From NCBI RefSeq assembly GCF_004010195.1, contig NC_057718.1:85760283-85824282 (forward strand): a stretch of 64,000 bases of DNA, in the 5' to 3' direction. Within the stretch, counting starts at the first letter, position 1. Each line of letters opens with the position of its first letter. The notes under the pieces are model-generated. The model was not told the origin of the DNA and searched no databases. It saw only the letters and a list, made by a program, of their open reading frames with translations. Shown here piece after piece: positions 13,321-26,989 of the stretch. This DNA comes from Chiloscyllium plagiosum. Taxonomy: Eukaryota. Both the position numbers and the translations under genes were made by a program.

Positions 13321-13518
13321 AAAACAGAAATTGCTGGAGAAACTCTGTGGGTCTGGCAGTATCTGTGGAGAGAAAGTAGAGTTCTGAAATTCTGAAGGAG
13401 AGTCACCAGACTCAAAACTTTGCTTTCCCTCCACAGATGGTGCCAGACCTGCCGAGTTTCTCTGGCAATTTCTGTTTTTGATTCAGATTTCCAGCATCTG
13501 CAGTTCTTTGTTTTATTG
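13321..13518 (+). mobile_element. Palindromic PLE terminal-repeat derivative (family 2) with a central degenerate hammerhead
   Basis: 13321-13383 is the imperfect reverse complement of about 13416-13478; the centre is CTGAAGG-A-GAGTC-ACCA-GACTC-AAAAC. Confidence 0.75.
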
Positions 13519-13759
13519 AAGGTTATCTCATTTCTGTTTCAATTGTGTATTTGGATCAATACAAACAAGGATTGTGTAGGAACAGGAAGAGGTCATTCAG
13601 TTGCTTAAACCTGCTCCACCATTTGTGACTAATCTGTATCTCAACTCTGTTCACACAACTAATTGTCTGCAACTCTCAAAACACTTATACTACAAAAATA
13701 TACCAATCTTGGTTATGAAAGCTCAAATTGAACCATCAAGAGGTTTTCTGGGAGTATTC

Positions 13760-14078
13760 TTAACATGGTGGCTCATAGTGTCAAGGACCTGGGTTCAATT
13801 CCGGCCTTGGATGCCTGTCTGTGTGGAGTTTGCATGTTCTCCCTCTGTCTGTCTTTGTTTCCACTGGATGTTCCAGTTTCCTCCCAAGGTCCAAAGATAT
13901 GCAGGTTAGGTGGCTTGGCCATTTCCCATAATGTCCAAGGATGTGAAAGCTTTATGCATTAGCCATGGGAAATGTGGGAGTTTAGGAATAGGGTGGTGGG
14001 TCTGGTTGGGATGCTGTATGGAGATCAATGCAGACTTGATGGATTGCATGGTCTCTTTCTGCACTGTAAGGATTCAAT
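13760..14078 (+). mobile_element. HE1/V-SINE
   Basis: B box gggttcaattcc, V-domain tctgtgtggagtttgcatgttctcc, CR1-like tail. Confidence 0.85.
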
Positions 14079-14199
14079 GAAATTTACTGCATATTACGTG
14101 AAAGATTCTTCCAATGGCTTTGTTCTTAGATTTTACCATTGTTCTCCTTTTTGCTCTGAAGTAAAATTGATTCATACTGTAATAGTTAGCTTCAAACAA

Positions 14200-14830
14200 T
14201 TATTCCTTTTTGCTAAGGAGATGATAAAATGACAGATTATTAATCCCCAGGATGTGGAAAGTGGAGATTCAGTGGTGGCAATAATGGTGAATGTTAAGGG
14301 AAGATGGACACATTCTGTCTTGTGCAAATGCTCAATGTCTTACACTTTTCTTCTACAAATATCACTTGCAAATGACCAGCCCCAATAATTCAGGTCTTGC
14401 TACTTGCAGGCGTGAACTACCTTATCATCTGGGGAGTGGTGATTGGGAATGAATGATGTGCATTCATCAGCAACTATCCCATCTCTGAGTTGGTGATAAA
14501 TAGAAGATCATAGATGAAAGAGGTAAGGATGGTTAGTTCAAGGACACCACCCTGAACAACTCCTGCTATGGGGACCTGGTGCTGAGATCATTAACTCTAT
14601 GGTCCTTTGAGATAGGCATGATGATAACCAGTGGAGAGCTTTTCCCTGATTCCCGCAGTAATTTTGCTGGGGCTTCCTGATGCCATACTCAAGCATTACC
14701 TCAAGGTCAAGGGCAGTAACCTTCACTGCACCTCTGTAAATCAGCTTTTCGCCAATGTCTGGAGCAAGATTATAATGAAGTCTGGTGCCATTATGCATGA
14801 TGGTGCATCGACCTGGATTATTGGCAAGCT
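14200..14830 (-). mobile_element. Old LINE RT fragment, same family as 36430-38490
   Basis: Reverse-complement similarity to 36430-38000 (ttcaaggacaccaccctgaacaactcctgc; gtggagagctttt). Confidence 0.6.
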
Positions 14831-15652
14831 ATTCCACCATGAAAGGCATCAAAGTCTCATCACAGACCCGCACTGCATTCTTTCTCTGGGCTGGAGTATG
14901 CACATTATATCACAAACTAGATCCATCTTTGGCACTACCAACAGCTGGCGACATAGTCCCTATGTATCCAGCTGACTGGCAGCAGGACTGAGATGCCTCC
15001 CTCGGTGGATTCTGTAGACTCCTTCCCAGTGACATCAGACTCAGGGCAGACCAGGGAAGGACATGCTTTGGTTTAAATGGTGTCCATCATGGATGCCCCG
15101 TGGCAAGGAAACTACAAGTACTCCTGGGAAGGCAGATTCTTGTCAAAGATTCATTGGGCAGTACAGTCACACCCTGGTTGGTCTGATGGTCAATTGGGGA
15201 GTGCCATTAACCAGAGGAATACGTTATTTACCTATGAGGAGATCAACAGAAGCTGACAAGAGAGAATGAAATTGATACCTATTGCAGAGCCTCGTCTTCA
15301 CAAAATGTTTATAAAGTTACCATAAGCTTTGCTTTCTGGGCAGTCTGAATACTAGCGACACTGCCCTGAAAGGCTCCCTTGTATGTGGGACAAAGCTTCC
15401 CCTCTCTTGAGGTGATTAAATTACCAGTTTGGATAAAGGCCATTTTAAGGAATTTGATTGTCTGTCCTCCCAATACTGAACATTGATGCAATTGATCGGC
15501 ACAATGAACGCTGATGAGTTTTGTTGTTTGAATCAAATGCTCCGTCGGCCATGTTGGAGTTGATCAGTTCGACTTCTGATTTCGAGGCTGCTCTTCCACG
15601 GTTCAATAGGTCATAGGTCAGAGGGTTTTATGCGTCCACATTGGGCAGAGTC

Positions 15653-15811
15653 CTACAAATGGTTGTTCTTGGACAGGTAGGCTATCAGTGCCACGGCAAC
15701 ACCCACGTAAATGCCAGTTCCGATGGTGATTGAGAGCACAGCCAAGAACAGCGCACGTCTGGAACTTGAGCTGGCATGGTGGTAGTCTCCCTTTGCCACA
15801 CCCTTGTTGGT
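15653..15811 (-). CDS. SYNDIG1: SYNDIG1 last coding exon ([52 protein letters not shown]), transmembrane segment
   Basis: Translated by hand (too short for the ORF track). Acceptor ttctattcactcctccttag|ACC; TAG stop at 15655-15653; the C-terminus YLSKNNHL is characteristic of SynDIG1. Confidence 0.98.
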   Translation of the reverse strand, partial: TNKGVAKGDYHHASSSSRRALFLAVLSITIGTGIYVGVAVALIAYLSKNNHL

Positions 15812-16189
15812 CTAAGGAGGAGTGAATAGAAATAAATGGTTTTAGTCAGTGAGGAATGGCACATTTTTCATTCACGATCAAACACATCTTTAACCAAAGA
15901 GATTTTAATCATTTTCAATCAAAACGGTATTGTATCATAACACCTTTAGATATGCTGCTGTTTACAAAGTATTTATATCAAGGAAATCAAACCCTTCACA
16001 ATGTAATGTACTAACAGTCAGGTATGGAAGATTTCAGTACCTAGTGTTAGCATAAGCTCTGACAGCAGGTTCAAATAAAACAATCACATTACTCAGTGTT
16101 AGTTTTTCAATAAGATAGCTTTAGGTTCAACTCCATTGGAGAGATGCCGGCCCAGTACTGAGGGAGTGCTAGGCAGAGGTGGGTACTTC

Positions 16190-16307
16190 AGATGCTGGGG
16201 ACTAGAGTCAAGATTAGAGTGGAGCTGGAAAAGCACAGCAGGTCAGGCAGCATCCGAGGAGCAGGAAAATCGACGTTTTGGGCATAAGCCCTTAATCAGG
16301 AATGAGG
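16190..16307 (-). ncRNA. PLE-derived hammerhead element (family 1) inserted in a Deu-SINE
   Basis: Minus strand reads CTGATTA-A-GGGC-TTAT-GCCC-AAAACGTC-GA, then ggatgctgcctgacctgctgtgcttttccagc. The flank tgagggagtgc is duplicated at about 16159 and about 16303. Confidence 0.75.
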
Positions 16308-17963
16308 GAGTGCGGCTTTGTTGAGAGGCGCTTGTATAAAACAGTGAACCAAGATCCTCTCAGACGGACTTAAAAAAAATCCCCAGGACACTATTTTGAA
16401 CTAAGCCGTGAGGAAGCTTGAGGATTTTCAACCTTGGAAGACAGTTTCTGAGATTTAGTTGCACAGAGGGATTTAAGATTGCAAATTGTGTGGAAAGGGT
16501 GAATTTGAAATAAATCGCAGTGTCAGTTTCAAAATGCCATTAGAAATTATTTTATCATTTCCTAAGTAAAGAAGTGGAGGTGAAACCCCTTGAATCATTT
16601 AAAACAGTCGGACCATTCCAGATGGATGGCGTAAGATGGGCCAAATAACCTGTCCTCCTTGGGCTTATAATTGTTGGAGTTCAGAAGAATAAGAGATCTT
16701 CTAGCAACATGTAAGATTCTGATGGGGCTTTGGTGGTGCGATGTTAGTGTCATGGGCCAGGAGGTCAGAGTTCAAGACCCATCTGATTCCAATTTGTGTA
16801 CGAACAAATTGACTAAACTAACTCTAAGATACTGAGATTGTTTGAAAATCAAGAGACTGAAAAATTGTTCTCTCTTATGTGGGAATCTAGAATGAGGGGA
16901 ACAGCTTAAAGATAATGGCTCTTCCATTTAAGATGAAAATAAGGTGCAATTTCTTCCATTAGAATGTGATTGGTCTTTGGAATTCATTCACACACATAAG
17001 CATTTCACATATTTAGATATAAATATTCCTTGAATATATGGAATACAGGGCTTACAATCATGTTTCATTAGTGATGTGCAAGCATTGATTGATTATCCGT
17101 GACAGATTCAGATGTGCGACAATCTGGAGATGCACTGATCAGTAAAGAAGCTAAAATTTAACTTTGTTTTGCAATTTTTTCCACCTTGAAAATAAATTTC
17201 TGCCATCCAGGGAACAAAATTAACAGTCAATATCTGTAGGACTCCACAGTAAAGAAAGCAGCCACTGGGCCCCACAGATCTATACAGGTATTGTTCCATC
17301 CTAGCATCTTCAGTGCATAATATTAACAGCCTCTATCCCATTCTCCCTCATGTGGATATCTAGATCCCCCCAAGCAATCCATGTAGCAGCAAGTTTCACA
17401 TTTACACCGCTCCCCAGGGTGAAAGTCTTTCTTCTGAAATCCTTATGAGGTATGGTAGTTTGTTTAGTACATTATCTGCTATCTATACTTTACCTTTGGT
17501 GCACAAAGATGGGGTTCTTTGAAAGAATGTAGAGGCTACTTGAAAAGGTTAACCAGAGTTTTCAGGAAGGTTGGAAGGTAAGACAACAATTCTTGAAAAC
17601 AATTCAGCCCTCTCAACTTCACAAATCTCTGGATGGATCTCAAAGAGCCAAGAGAAAACAAAGCCGCTGCATTCAACCTTCCTTCTCTTTACAGGACTCG
17701 AGCAAAAGTACATTGTAAACAGCATCAATCTCCTCCTGTGTGATTTATGTGTTGGACCGTACGGGTGCATTGCTGTCTCGGTTGTGAGTTAGGACGTTGT
17801 TACTTCCACTGAGGGCATGTTGCACTTCCAGCTTTCCATTGAGAGGCTTCACCAAAGTCTATCCTCCTGGGTGTTTGCACAAAGATATTTTGTGGTATCT
17901 TCCCAAGAGTAGGGGTGGGACCTCTTCAGGGCCCCGATTGCTATTTGCCCTTGAACTCAGCAC

Positions 17964-18180
17964 TGAAATAATTCAACAGATGCTAGTATCCTGTCACCAA
18001 GTCACCCCTTCTTTATACATGGAGAGTCCTTGACACTGATCTAGCTCCCTCAGATCCAGCTCTCAGAGTGAACAGAACCTCTGACACTCACGTTGATATC
18101 TGTCTGCAAGGATTAACAGGCCCAATTAGGGGACTCATGTTCTATGAAGTCCACCTGGCTGACTTATTACAATCACCACA
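17964..18180 (-). mobile_element. Short solo LTR (217 bp) inserted in a Deu-SINE
   Basis: TG...CA termini; flanking 5-mers agcac (17959-17963) and aacac (18181-18185). Deu-SINE sequence resumes on both sides (about 17870-17960 and 18185-18330). Confidence 0.6.
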
Positions 18181-19399
18181 AACACCACCAGAACAAATGT
18201 GGCTGTTATTGTATTGCTGTATTTGGGATCTTGCTGTGTCCACATTCCTCAAATTAGAAACACTGCGTGCACTTCAAAAGCACTTAATTGGCTGTGAACT
18301 GAGATGTATCAAAGTTGTGAAAGGCGCTCTCTTGCTGGAGCCCCTCTCACTTCATTTTTCACCGGGTAAAATTCTGGAGCGACAGATTTTAATTATTCAT
18401 GTGCACACTCTGCAGCTGCCTTGGATGTAAATAAGTCATATTTACGGCATAAAGAGCATTACAGAAATAGCTGCACAGCAGCAACGTGAAGCTGCAGTGT
18501 TTGACCCTTTCCTGGCTGGATGCCATTCCACGTTTTCAGTCTACCGGCTGCCTATCACACTTGGGAGAAAGGGAAAGTCACTGCGCAGACCCTCAAGAAA
18601 ATCCCTGGGAAAAGGATGGGGGAAATCAAAGCTGGGAAGCCACCCGATCGCTCTCTCTCAGGAACGTTACAAAGCTGGGTTGAATCACTTTTGCTCTTGA
18701 CCCTTCTAGAATGATATTTTAAAATAAGGATTTCATTGGAAGTAGTTGTTGAGGAAACCAGTGAGGCCTCTGCAGACTAATTCAGAGGATGGACTTGCTA
18801 CAGGGACTAGGCCTTGCATTTCTGTGCATGAGAGATCCAAGGCTGATTTGAAGTGCCTGAAAAATAGCCTAATATTTCCCAAGAATCCCTGAAGCACAGC
18901 TAATTGAACCCTGAAATCAGCAGCATTGGGTCTGTTTTATACCTCTTCAAAGGGCACAATGATGCCTGATTTTTATCTGTACACTTCTATAGTAAAGCAC
19001 CATAAATAAAAAGCATAACAGTGCTACAGCAGGGAATGGATAGATAAAATATACACACAAAATGATGCATAACACATACCAAGTTTTTTTGTGTTGAATA
19101 AAATCACTACAGCATTTTTTACGAGACAGTGGAATAACCCACTCCATCATCACTTATACAACAGGCCATTGCACCAGCTGCTTTATTTAATTGACAGGAG
19201 GTCATTGCATATGCCAGAAATATTTCACACGCAATTGTTTGGGGGGGGAGGTGGGCACACAAATAGCTGAAGAAGATTGAACTCAAGCAGCGACTCAGCA
19301 TAATCCAAGGTTGGTGAGATAGTGTGAAGGGCTCGTTCCTTTATTGCCTCACATTTATCTCTGTCAGGTGTGTGTTCAATTCACTTCCTGCTCCTGTTG

Positions 19400-20760
19400 G
19401 CCAGAATCAAAACTTTAATCATCATTGTTTCCTTTGCAGGCAAAAAGCCATTTTGTGTTCACACAGTCAGCTAAGCCTTGCCATGGTTTGGCGAAGTGTC
19501 AAAGGTGTTGGATTCCACTGAGGGTTTTTCTCCCTGCCATCCAGAGAGATTATTGGTCATATTACCCCAAACTTGTCTCACTAATTCTCTACAAACCAGT
19601 ACCTTCCCACCTTGCCTCCATGGCGATGTTCTCAATGATATTCTGCCACTCATCTTGCCCAGAAGAACTAACTGCCAACATCCCTGGCACCCACGCCATC
19701 TTTATGCACCTGGACAAGCACTGGCATTCTATAGCTGTTCGGCAGTGGCATCAGTCCTGGACATGGTAGAGAAGGAGGCAATCAGCATCTCACTTGGTGG
19801 GTGGGCACTGGCAGGTCCTTCTACACAGGGTGGTGCTGAAGAGGAAAGGTCCTCTTTACCCTAGATCCAGCAGTGTAGTTAGGACACCAGGTGATCTCAG
19901 CCGCTACCCGACAGTGGCAAAAGAAGCTCAATGACCTTCTCCACTCTGCCATCATATTCTCTCTGCTACCTCACCCTGTCTCTGTTACTGTTCCCATCTC
20001 CCATCAAGGCTCATACTCTCCCTCTCTCTGGCACCCGCAACTCTAGCTGACCTACTCCAATCCTGACACCATCAATCCTGCACACCCCTGTGCTGCCAAC
20101 TCTCTCCCCTGGCACAACTCACCAACTTCCATTGGTCTGTATCAACGCAAAACAGCTGTGCCCCCCAACTCTATCTCACTCAGCTCTTCCCTTTCTGTCG
20201 TTACAAGTGAAATCAGACCACTATAGGGCAGAAAGGGCCAGGATTGGGGTAGGGGGTGGACTGCCAGACTTTGAGTTCCTAGCACTTTACAACACAAGGA
20301 TCCTGATCCTGACTGCCCTGAGTCAGTGAGTGAGTGACTGCGTCCAAGCCCAGGGGCCAGGATTGGAGGCTGCCCTTGACTTACTGCATTGGGATCCCCT
20401 GAATACAGACAGTCTCCCTGAAGACTAACCACCACCACAAGCTCCCTTGCTTTGTGTTAACGCCAAACAACACAGCAAGACACAAGTGATGGGAGCCTAG
20501 TAGCTCTGGCGAAGTCAGCAAGTGTGGAAAAGCAAGGCATGTGCCTGTCTCTGAGCACAAAGTGCCCTTGCAGCAGCAGCATCACAGTGCAAATTACTGC
20601 TGGGCCCCAGAGGGTATTGAAGACAGCAGTGGTCTGGAGGCTGATCAGGGGATTGTTGGTGAGAGGCTGGCAAGAGCCAATGCTACTGACCATGGATGGA
20701 CGGTGAGGGCAACGTGTCCCAGAGCCTGTCCTGAGAGACTCGGTATCCAAGGTGAGGACC
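19400..20760. mobile_element. Possible decayed Harbinger element (Myb/SANT-like partner gene remnant)
   Basis: + strand TRQWQKKLNDLLHSA at about 19905-19950 resembles the RT..Q.KK..DL Myb/SANT-like motif; higher GC than the flanks. Weak. Confidence 0.35.
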
Positions 20761-21549
20761 CAGAAGAGTAAACACCCAACTGGAATTAGCAGGTACTGTG
20801 ATCCAAGTGAATGGCAGGGCAGGCTTGATGGGCTGAGTGGCCTATTCCACAAACTAATCACCATCCTGACTAAGAACTTTACAACGGATCGTTCACAGTT
20901 GTTGAGCCAAAATCCTGCACTGTTACCATAGATGGACTTCATTGATTCAAAATGGCAGCTCACCACCTCCTTCCTAAAGATAATCAGGTATGATCCACAA
21001 ATTCAGGCCTTTCCAGCAATTCTCACATTCTGTGGAAGAAGAATAACCAATCACAACTTCAAAGATTTCTAACCACTGTACTGACCAATATTCATCACTG
21101 ATTCCAACATCATTTTGAAAATAAAAATGTCATCATTATCGCCTCGCTTTTCTGGGATCTTGACATTTCTGGCACATTTCCTGCAGTCACTGCACTTTGG
21201 AATATTTCAATGTTTTGAAACAGGAGTTCAGTAAAGGTGATAGCGTTTCCCACTGATCTATGGCTGAGTGCATGTAGTGAGGCCATCTCTGGGTTCTTGG
21301 TACAAGGTAGTCCACAGTCAGGTCATTGAACAGGAACAACCTTTATTAAGTGCAGGTTGCATTATGTATACAGCAGAATGTGAGAGGGGAAATCTCTGGA
21401 ACCCTACACACTCAGGTCCCAACTACTTATGAGACATCATCGTGACATTTTTCCTTTTGTATTTGCTCAGTTAGTAACGCAAGTAAGTACAGTCTCCATG
21501 GTCCCAGATTTTGAAAGGCTTTTAATTACTAGTCTTAGAAAATTCTTCA

Positions 21550-23281
21550 CTTACAAAGACATCCAAAGGGATTTTATGAACATTTTAAAGGAGAGAATAG
21601 GTCCCCTTAAAGACCAACAAGGCCATCTAATATATGAAACAGCAGGAGATGAGTGAGATACAAAATGAGTATTTTGCATCAGTATTTATTGTGGAGAAGA
21701 ATATTAAATCTAGAAAACTCGGGGAAATAAATAGTGATACCTTGAAAACTGTCCTTATTGCAGAAGAGGAGACATCTTAAAATGCATAAAGGTGAATAAA
21801 TCCCTGGGACCTGATTGGGTTTATCCCAGAACTTTGTGGGAATCTAGGGGAATGATTGCTGAGCCCCTTGCTGAGATATTTTTATCAATAGCCACAAGTG
21901 AGGTGCCTGAAGACTGGAGATTGACAGCACAATGTTAGTCAATCAAGAAAGGTGGTGAGGGAAAGCCAGGGAACTATAGACTAGTGAGGCTGACAGCAGT
22001 TGTTGGAGGAGGGTGGGGTTCTGAAGGATAGGATTTACATGTATTTGGAAAGACAAGGACTGATCAGGGAGAGTCAACATAGCTTTGTGCATAAGAAATT
22101 GTATCTCACTAACTTGATTGAATTTTTTGAAGAATTGACAAAGAAGATTGATGAAGGCAGAGTGGTATATGTTGTCTATATGGACTTCAGCAAGGTGTTT
22201 GACAAGGTTCCACATGATAGATTGGTTAGCAAGGTTATATCACATGGAATCCAGAGGGAACTAGATAATTGGATACAAAATTGGCTTGAAGGTAGGAGAC
22301 AGAGGGCAGTGGTGGATTATTTTTTGGACTAGAGGCCTCTGATCAGTGATGTGTCACAAGGATCAGTACTGGATCCACTGCTATTCACATTTATTTAAAT
22401 GATTTGATTATAAATGTAGGCAATGAAGTGAGGAAGTTTGCAGATGACACCAAAGTTGGTGATGTAGTGGACTGTGAAAAAGGTTGCCTTAGATTACAAA
22501 GGGTGGAGGAGAGGCAAATGAAATTTCATTTAGACAATTGCAAGGTGTTGCATTTGGGTAAGGCAAATCAAGTGCAGGATATAGACAGTTAATGGTGTGG
22601 CCCTGGGAGTGTTGCCAAACAAAGGGACCTTGGAGTACAGGTGCATAGCTCCTTGAAAGTGGAGTGGCAGGTAGAGAGGGTGGTGAAGGTGGTGTTTGGC
22701 AAGCTTGCCTTTATTGGTCAGTGCATTGAGTATTTGGAATAGTGCCTTGAATTCTTCTCTCCCTGCTATAGGAAAGATGTAGGTAAACTTGAAAGGATTC
22801 AGAAAATAAATTACAAGGATATTGTCTGGGTTAGAGGGTTTGAGCTAGAAGGAGAGGTTGGATAGGCTGGGGCTTTTCTCACTGGAGCATTGGAGGCTGA
22901 TGGGTGACCATATAGAGGTTTATAAAATCATGAAGGGCATGGATAAGGTGAATAGTCAAGGTGTTTTTTCCCCAAGTGGAGGAGTCCATAACTAGAGGGC
23001 ATGGATTTAAGGAGAGAGGGAAAAGATGGAAAAGGGACCTTTGGGGCAATGTTTTCACTCAGCAGGTGGTGCATGTATGGAACAAGCTGCCAGAGGTAGT
23101 GGTGGAGGCTGGTACAATTACAATATTTAAAAGGCATCTGGTTAGTTATACGAATAGGATGGGTTTAGAGGGATATGAGCCAAATGCTAGCAAATGGGAC
23201 TAGATTGATTTGGGATATCCGGTCGGCCTGGATGAGTTGGATGGAAGGGTCCGTTGCTGTGCTGTATAACTTTACGACTCT
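21550..23281 (+). mobile_element. CR1/HER1-type LINE, about 1.7 kb 5'-truncated, with internal deletions
   Basis: ORF 22000-22332 (SQHSFV..LTNLIEFFEE..VYMDFSKVFDKVPH), KFADDTK and TRGHGFK; tail gactc. Confidence 0.95.
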
Positions 23282-24389
23282 CCGACTGTATAAATGAGAA
23301 GAATTTGACTCATGATTTATTCTTGTAATATTCCTGACTACATGCAAGTTATTAATATCTGATGGAGGTCTAGTGCTCAATTCTACAATTTTTCAACAAA
23401 TGGCCATGAAATTGTTCAGTGTATTGCTGATGGTACATTAAAACATGAGGGGTTTCTTAGCAACCAAGTAGGTTTCTAAGCAACAGTCATGTAAAACAAT
23501 TGAACAGATAATGAAGAAGTACATATTGAAATGTTTGTGAGCTTTTCTCAAGACATTCAATTTGTTTTCCCAATGGGAAACTGAGACCAACCTTGTATTA
23601 ATTTATTGAACATTTTCAAATTTGGATCAAATTCAATTTCTTACAGTCAGTGAGATAAATGGAGCTGGGTGTTTATCCTGCGAATGCTGAATGTCTCCAT
23701 ATCAAGTGGTATCAGCTACGGTTCAGTGATAGCATCTTGCTTCTGAGGTAAAAGTGGTGGATTCCAGTCCCAGTCTAGAGAACTGGGTCGGCATTCTCGC
23801 TCCTGCATCAGGTAGTGCAGTGTTGGGCAATTTCCTGGTTCATCTGCACTCACATTTGGAAGCTATGCTCTGAATCTTTGTTCCAGGGGTGTATGTGGGA
23901 TGGAGACACACCCACCACCCATGCATATGGATCAAAGGAGCTGCAGATTGGCAATCTCTATGAGTTTGTCTTGCTTGTTTTCTTGAAGCAAGGCTTTTTA
24001 GGTCTTACTATTCATATGTCTTCACTCTATGTCATACGTGCTAACCCAAGAGCCCTAGCTATCTCCTTAGCTCCCACGGCAGCTTAGTGCCAATTCATGC
24101 CAAATACGCTAACTACTTCTAATGGCTGTCATATATTCCATTCTGACCCAATGCTCCAACTTATCCCCATGGCTCCTATCGCCTCTGTGCCACCTTATTG
24201 CCAACTCATGTCACTCCCAGCTGTTCCGTTTTAGATTCTACTGGTACTTAATGCCAATTCACAAATGCACCTAGCACTCTTTGTCTTTACATCCTCCACA
24301 TCAACCAACTCAGGGTCTACCTTGGGCAGATCTGCGATTAAACAAAATTCTAAATATCTGTTGCAGAGTTTACTATTTTCTAATCAGGG

Positions 24390-24770
24390 GAAGCTGGTGG
24401 TTTAAATGTGATATTACTAGACTAGTAATTCAGCAATCCAGAGCTAAAACTGTAGGAGCACAGATTCAAATTTCAACATGACAGTAAAAGAAATTTATAT
24501 TGAATCAAATATTTAAAGAAACAGTAAGAGAAAGCTAATAAAGATGGTGGTAACCGTAAAGCTCACTGCTTGTTAAATTCCATCTCGTTCACTGTGAATT
24601 AATGCTTTTTAGGGAGGCAACTGGGTCATCTTTACTTAGTCTAGCCTACATGAGATTCCAGACCTAGATTAATGTGACTGATTTGTAACAGTCTCCACGA
24701 GGACTTAGTAAGCCATTCACTTCAAATGCAATAAATACTAACCTGGTGAGCAATCCCATGAAAAAATAAA
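24390..24770 (+). mobile_element. tRNA-derived SINE (family sharing its tail with the LINE at 36430-38490), diverged copy
   Basis: tctagcctacatgagattccagacc core and gcaataaatac tail, as in 49112-49450. Confidence 0.65.
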
Positions 24771-25384
24771 TTTTAAAATCCATTTGAGAAAACCTATTTA
24801 AATACCCCATTCCAAACCAATCCCTACAGTACTCAGTCCCTTACCAAAGCAGGCAGAAACCCACATCCTTAAATAACCTCTGAATTGTTAATTAAACTCT
24901 GAACTTGTAACTCACCCATTGTGATAATGATAGGTCGTGGAAAGCAAACAAGCATTCATAATGTTGTAATGATCACACTTATGATTTTGTTAATAAGCAG
25001 TCAGGACAGCTTTCTTTTCAAGTTTTTTAAAAGACTGGCCCTTTAACTAACTTGACAGTTTTACAAAGCTCACCTGTCCTTCATTTATAATTTCTGTAAA
25101 GATTTGTAACTCCCATGTTGCAGGTAAAGACTCTGGCTCTAGCGAAAATTGAGTCTGTCTGAACTTAGCGCTGAGTTAATATGGCCCTGTTAGGTTCAGG
25201 AGTTGGATATGTAAGAGTCACGTCATATGTCCTCAGCAAAAACGGGATCTGTCTGTAAATGGATCTGGACATCGCTTCTAGTTTGGAAGATCCCTGGTAC
25301 CTCCATGAAAACCCAGCCATTAAGCACAAAATCTTAGCTGATGCCCCAATGCAGAACTGAAAACGCTGCCTGGTCAGACATATC

Positions 25385-25640
25385 ACCTTCCAGATAAAAT
25401 GTTAAACCAAGGCCTATCCTCGCAGAAGGATGTACAAAGTCCATTTGCACCAATCAATAGCAAGAGCAGACTTCCTGGTGTCTTGGCTAAAATTTATCCT
25501 TTAAGTTAAAACAAATGATCTGGTACTGACTTCATTTGCTGCTTTTTGGATCATGTTAATGCTCAATTTTCTTGACTTGTTTCCAACATTAAAATGTTGA
25601 CTCTATTTCAAATGTACTTTGTGGGGTGAAGGAAAATCTA
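25385..25640 (+). mobile_element. Deu-domain SINE fragment
   Basis: cagataaaatgttaaaccaagg...tgtcttggctaaaatttatcc. Confidence 0.55.
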
Positions 25641-26134
25641 TTTGAATCTTTTTTCCTCATTCTTGGGGTGCACCAGTGCTCATCATCCACCGCAAAGGAA
25701 TTTGCTACCCTGACTTCCTGAGAGAGAACGGAGAGGAGCCTAACATTTTTGGGCTGGACAATATTCACAAAGCAGCAGACTCAACTTCCTTTCCTACTGA
25801 ACTTTAGTAACCAATCAGATTCTCTTTTCAATAATCTAATGCCATGGTCACTTTTACTGAGACCAGCCTTTCATGGTCAGATTTAAGAATAACAAAAATA
25901 ACTTGCATATCATGGTTGGATTTGGTTTATTCCAAGCCACCGCATTATTAAACCTGTCACAGGCCGTAACCCATAATCTTTTTACCCTCAATATATCCTC
26001 TGCTAAAGACCTTTCTAAATATCATTTGAATCCATTTTTATTTCCTTCCTCCATCCTTACACAGGTCTGTTACCCTGATTTGAAAAGGTCTAGCTATTTC
26101 CACTTTCCTGTGCTTTTGTCTTCTTATGTGTGAA

Positions 26135-26490
26135 AAGAATGAACTTGCATTTATATAGCATCCTTCATTATCTCATGACATCCAGAAGTACATTACAGCC
26201 AATAAAACATTTCTTGAAGTGGAGTCACTGTTGTATCACACAGCACTGCAAGGCACAGCATGGTCTCAGTCAACAAATGCATTATACAATGTATTTTACT
26301 GATTTGGGCCAGGACTTCCCCCTTCTATGAAATAAAGCCATACATTTTCACATTCATTGGTGGAGACTAGGGGCTTGGTTTAACATCTGATTTGATCCAC
26401 CTGTAATTATTCAATATTCTCCCAGGACAGAGCTGGACTGGATGGGAAACTGACTCAGAATCCAGAGTACCAGCACTGAGGCACAGGTAA
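26135..26490 (-). mobile_element. Deu-domain SINE
   Basis: gaacttgcatttatatagca tail; ttacagccaat..tgaagtggagtcactgttgta; ggtttaacatct. Confidence 0.65.
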
Positions 26491-26989
26491 TACTGATGGC
26501 TTGGAAAAGGGAAGCTGAGAAATGAGAATTTCACTCACCTTCCCCCCCACCCAACCTCCCCGGTGTTAGTCAGCCAACTGGGAGGAGAATGGATAATGTT
26601 CAGTTTAGCACTCTATGCCATGAGCACATGAAGGGAAATAGATTTTTGGTGTGAATACAAAACAGATGGCAATCTATTGGACTGATGCCCTAAAGGCAGA
26701 CTGAGTTAACAGATGGACAGGAATTTTTTTTGCCACTGTTTTTCCATCTCTGCACAAGGTTTTGTGATACCTGGTAATGCCAATGGATCAAAAACTCCAC
26801 AATGTTACCTAAACAAACTGCCTTCAGGTATAAATGGGTCAAGAAAATTATTCAACACTTTTCATGTGATGGATAGGTCGTGTTAAATCTCAAGGGAAGA
26901 TGAATTCATGGAGACCTTTCACGGTGTGACAAAAAGGCTAGCTAGACAAGGGAAGGAACTTTGACCTTGAGATTTGGGCAGGTTCCAAA

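Noticed and set aside
20457..20966. 169-aa ORF on -
   Set aside because: No recognisable homology or splice context; lies in probable decayed transposon sequence.
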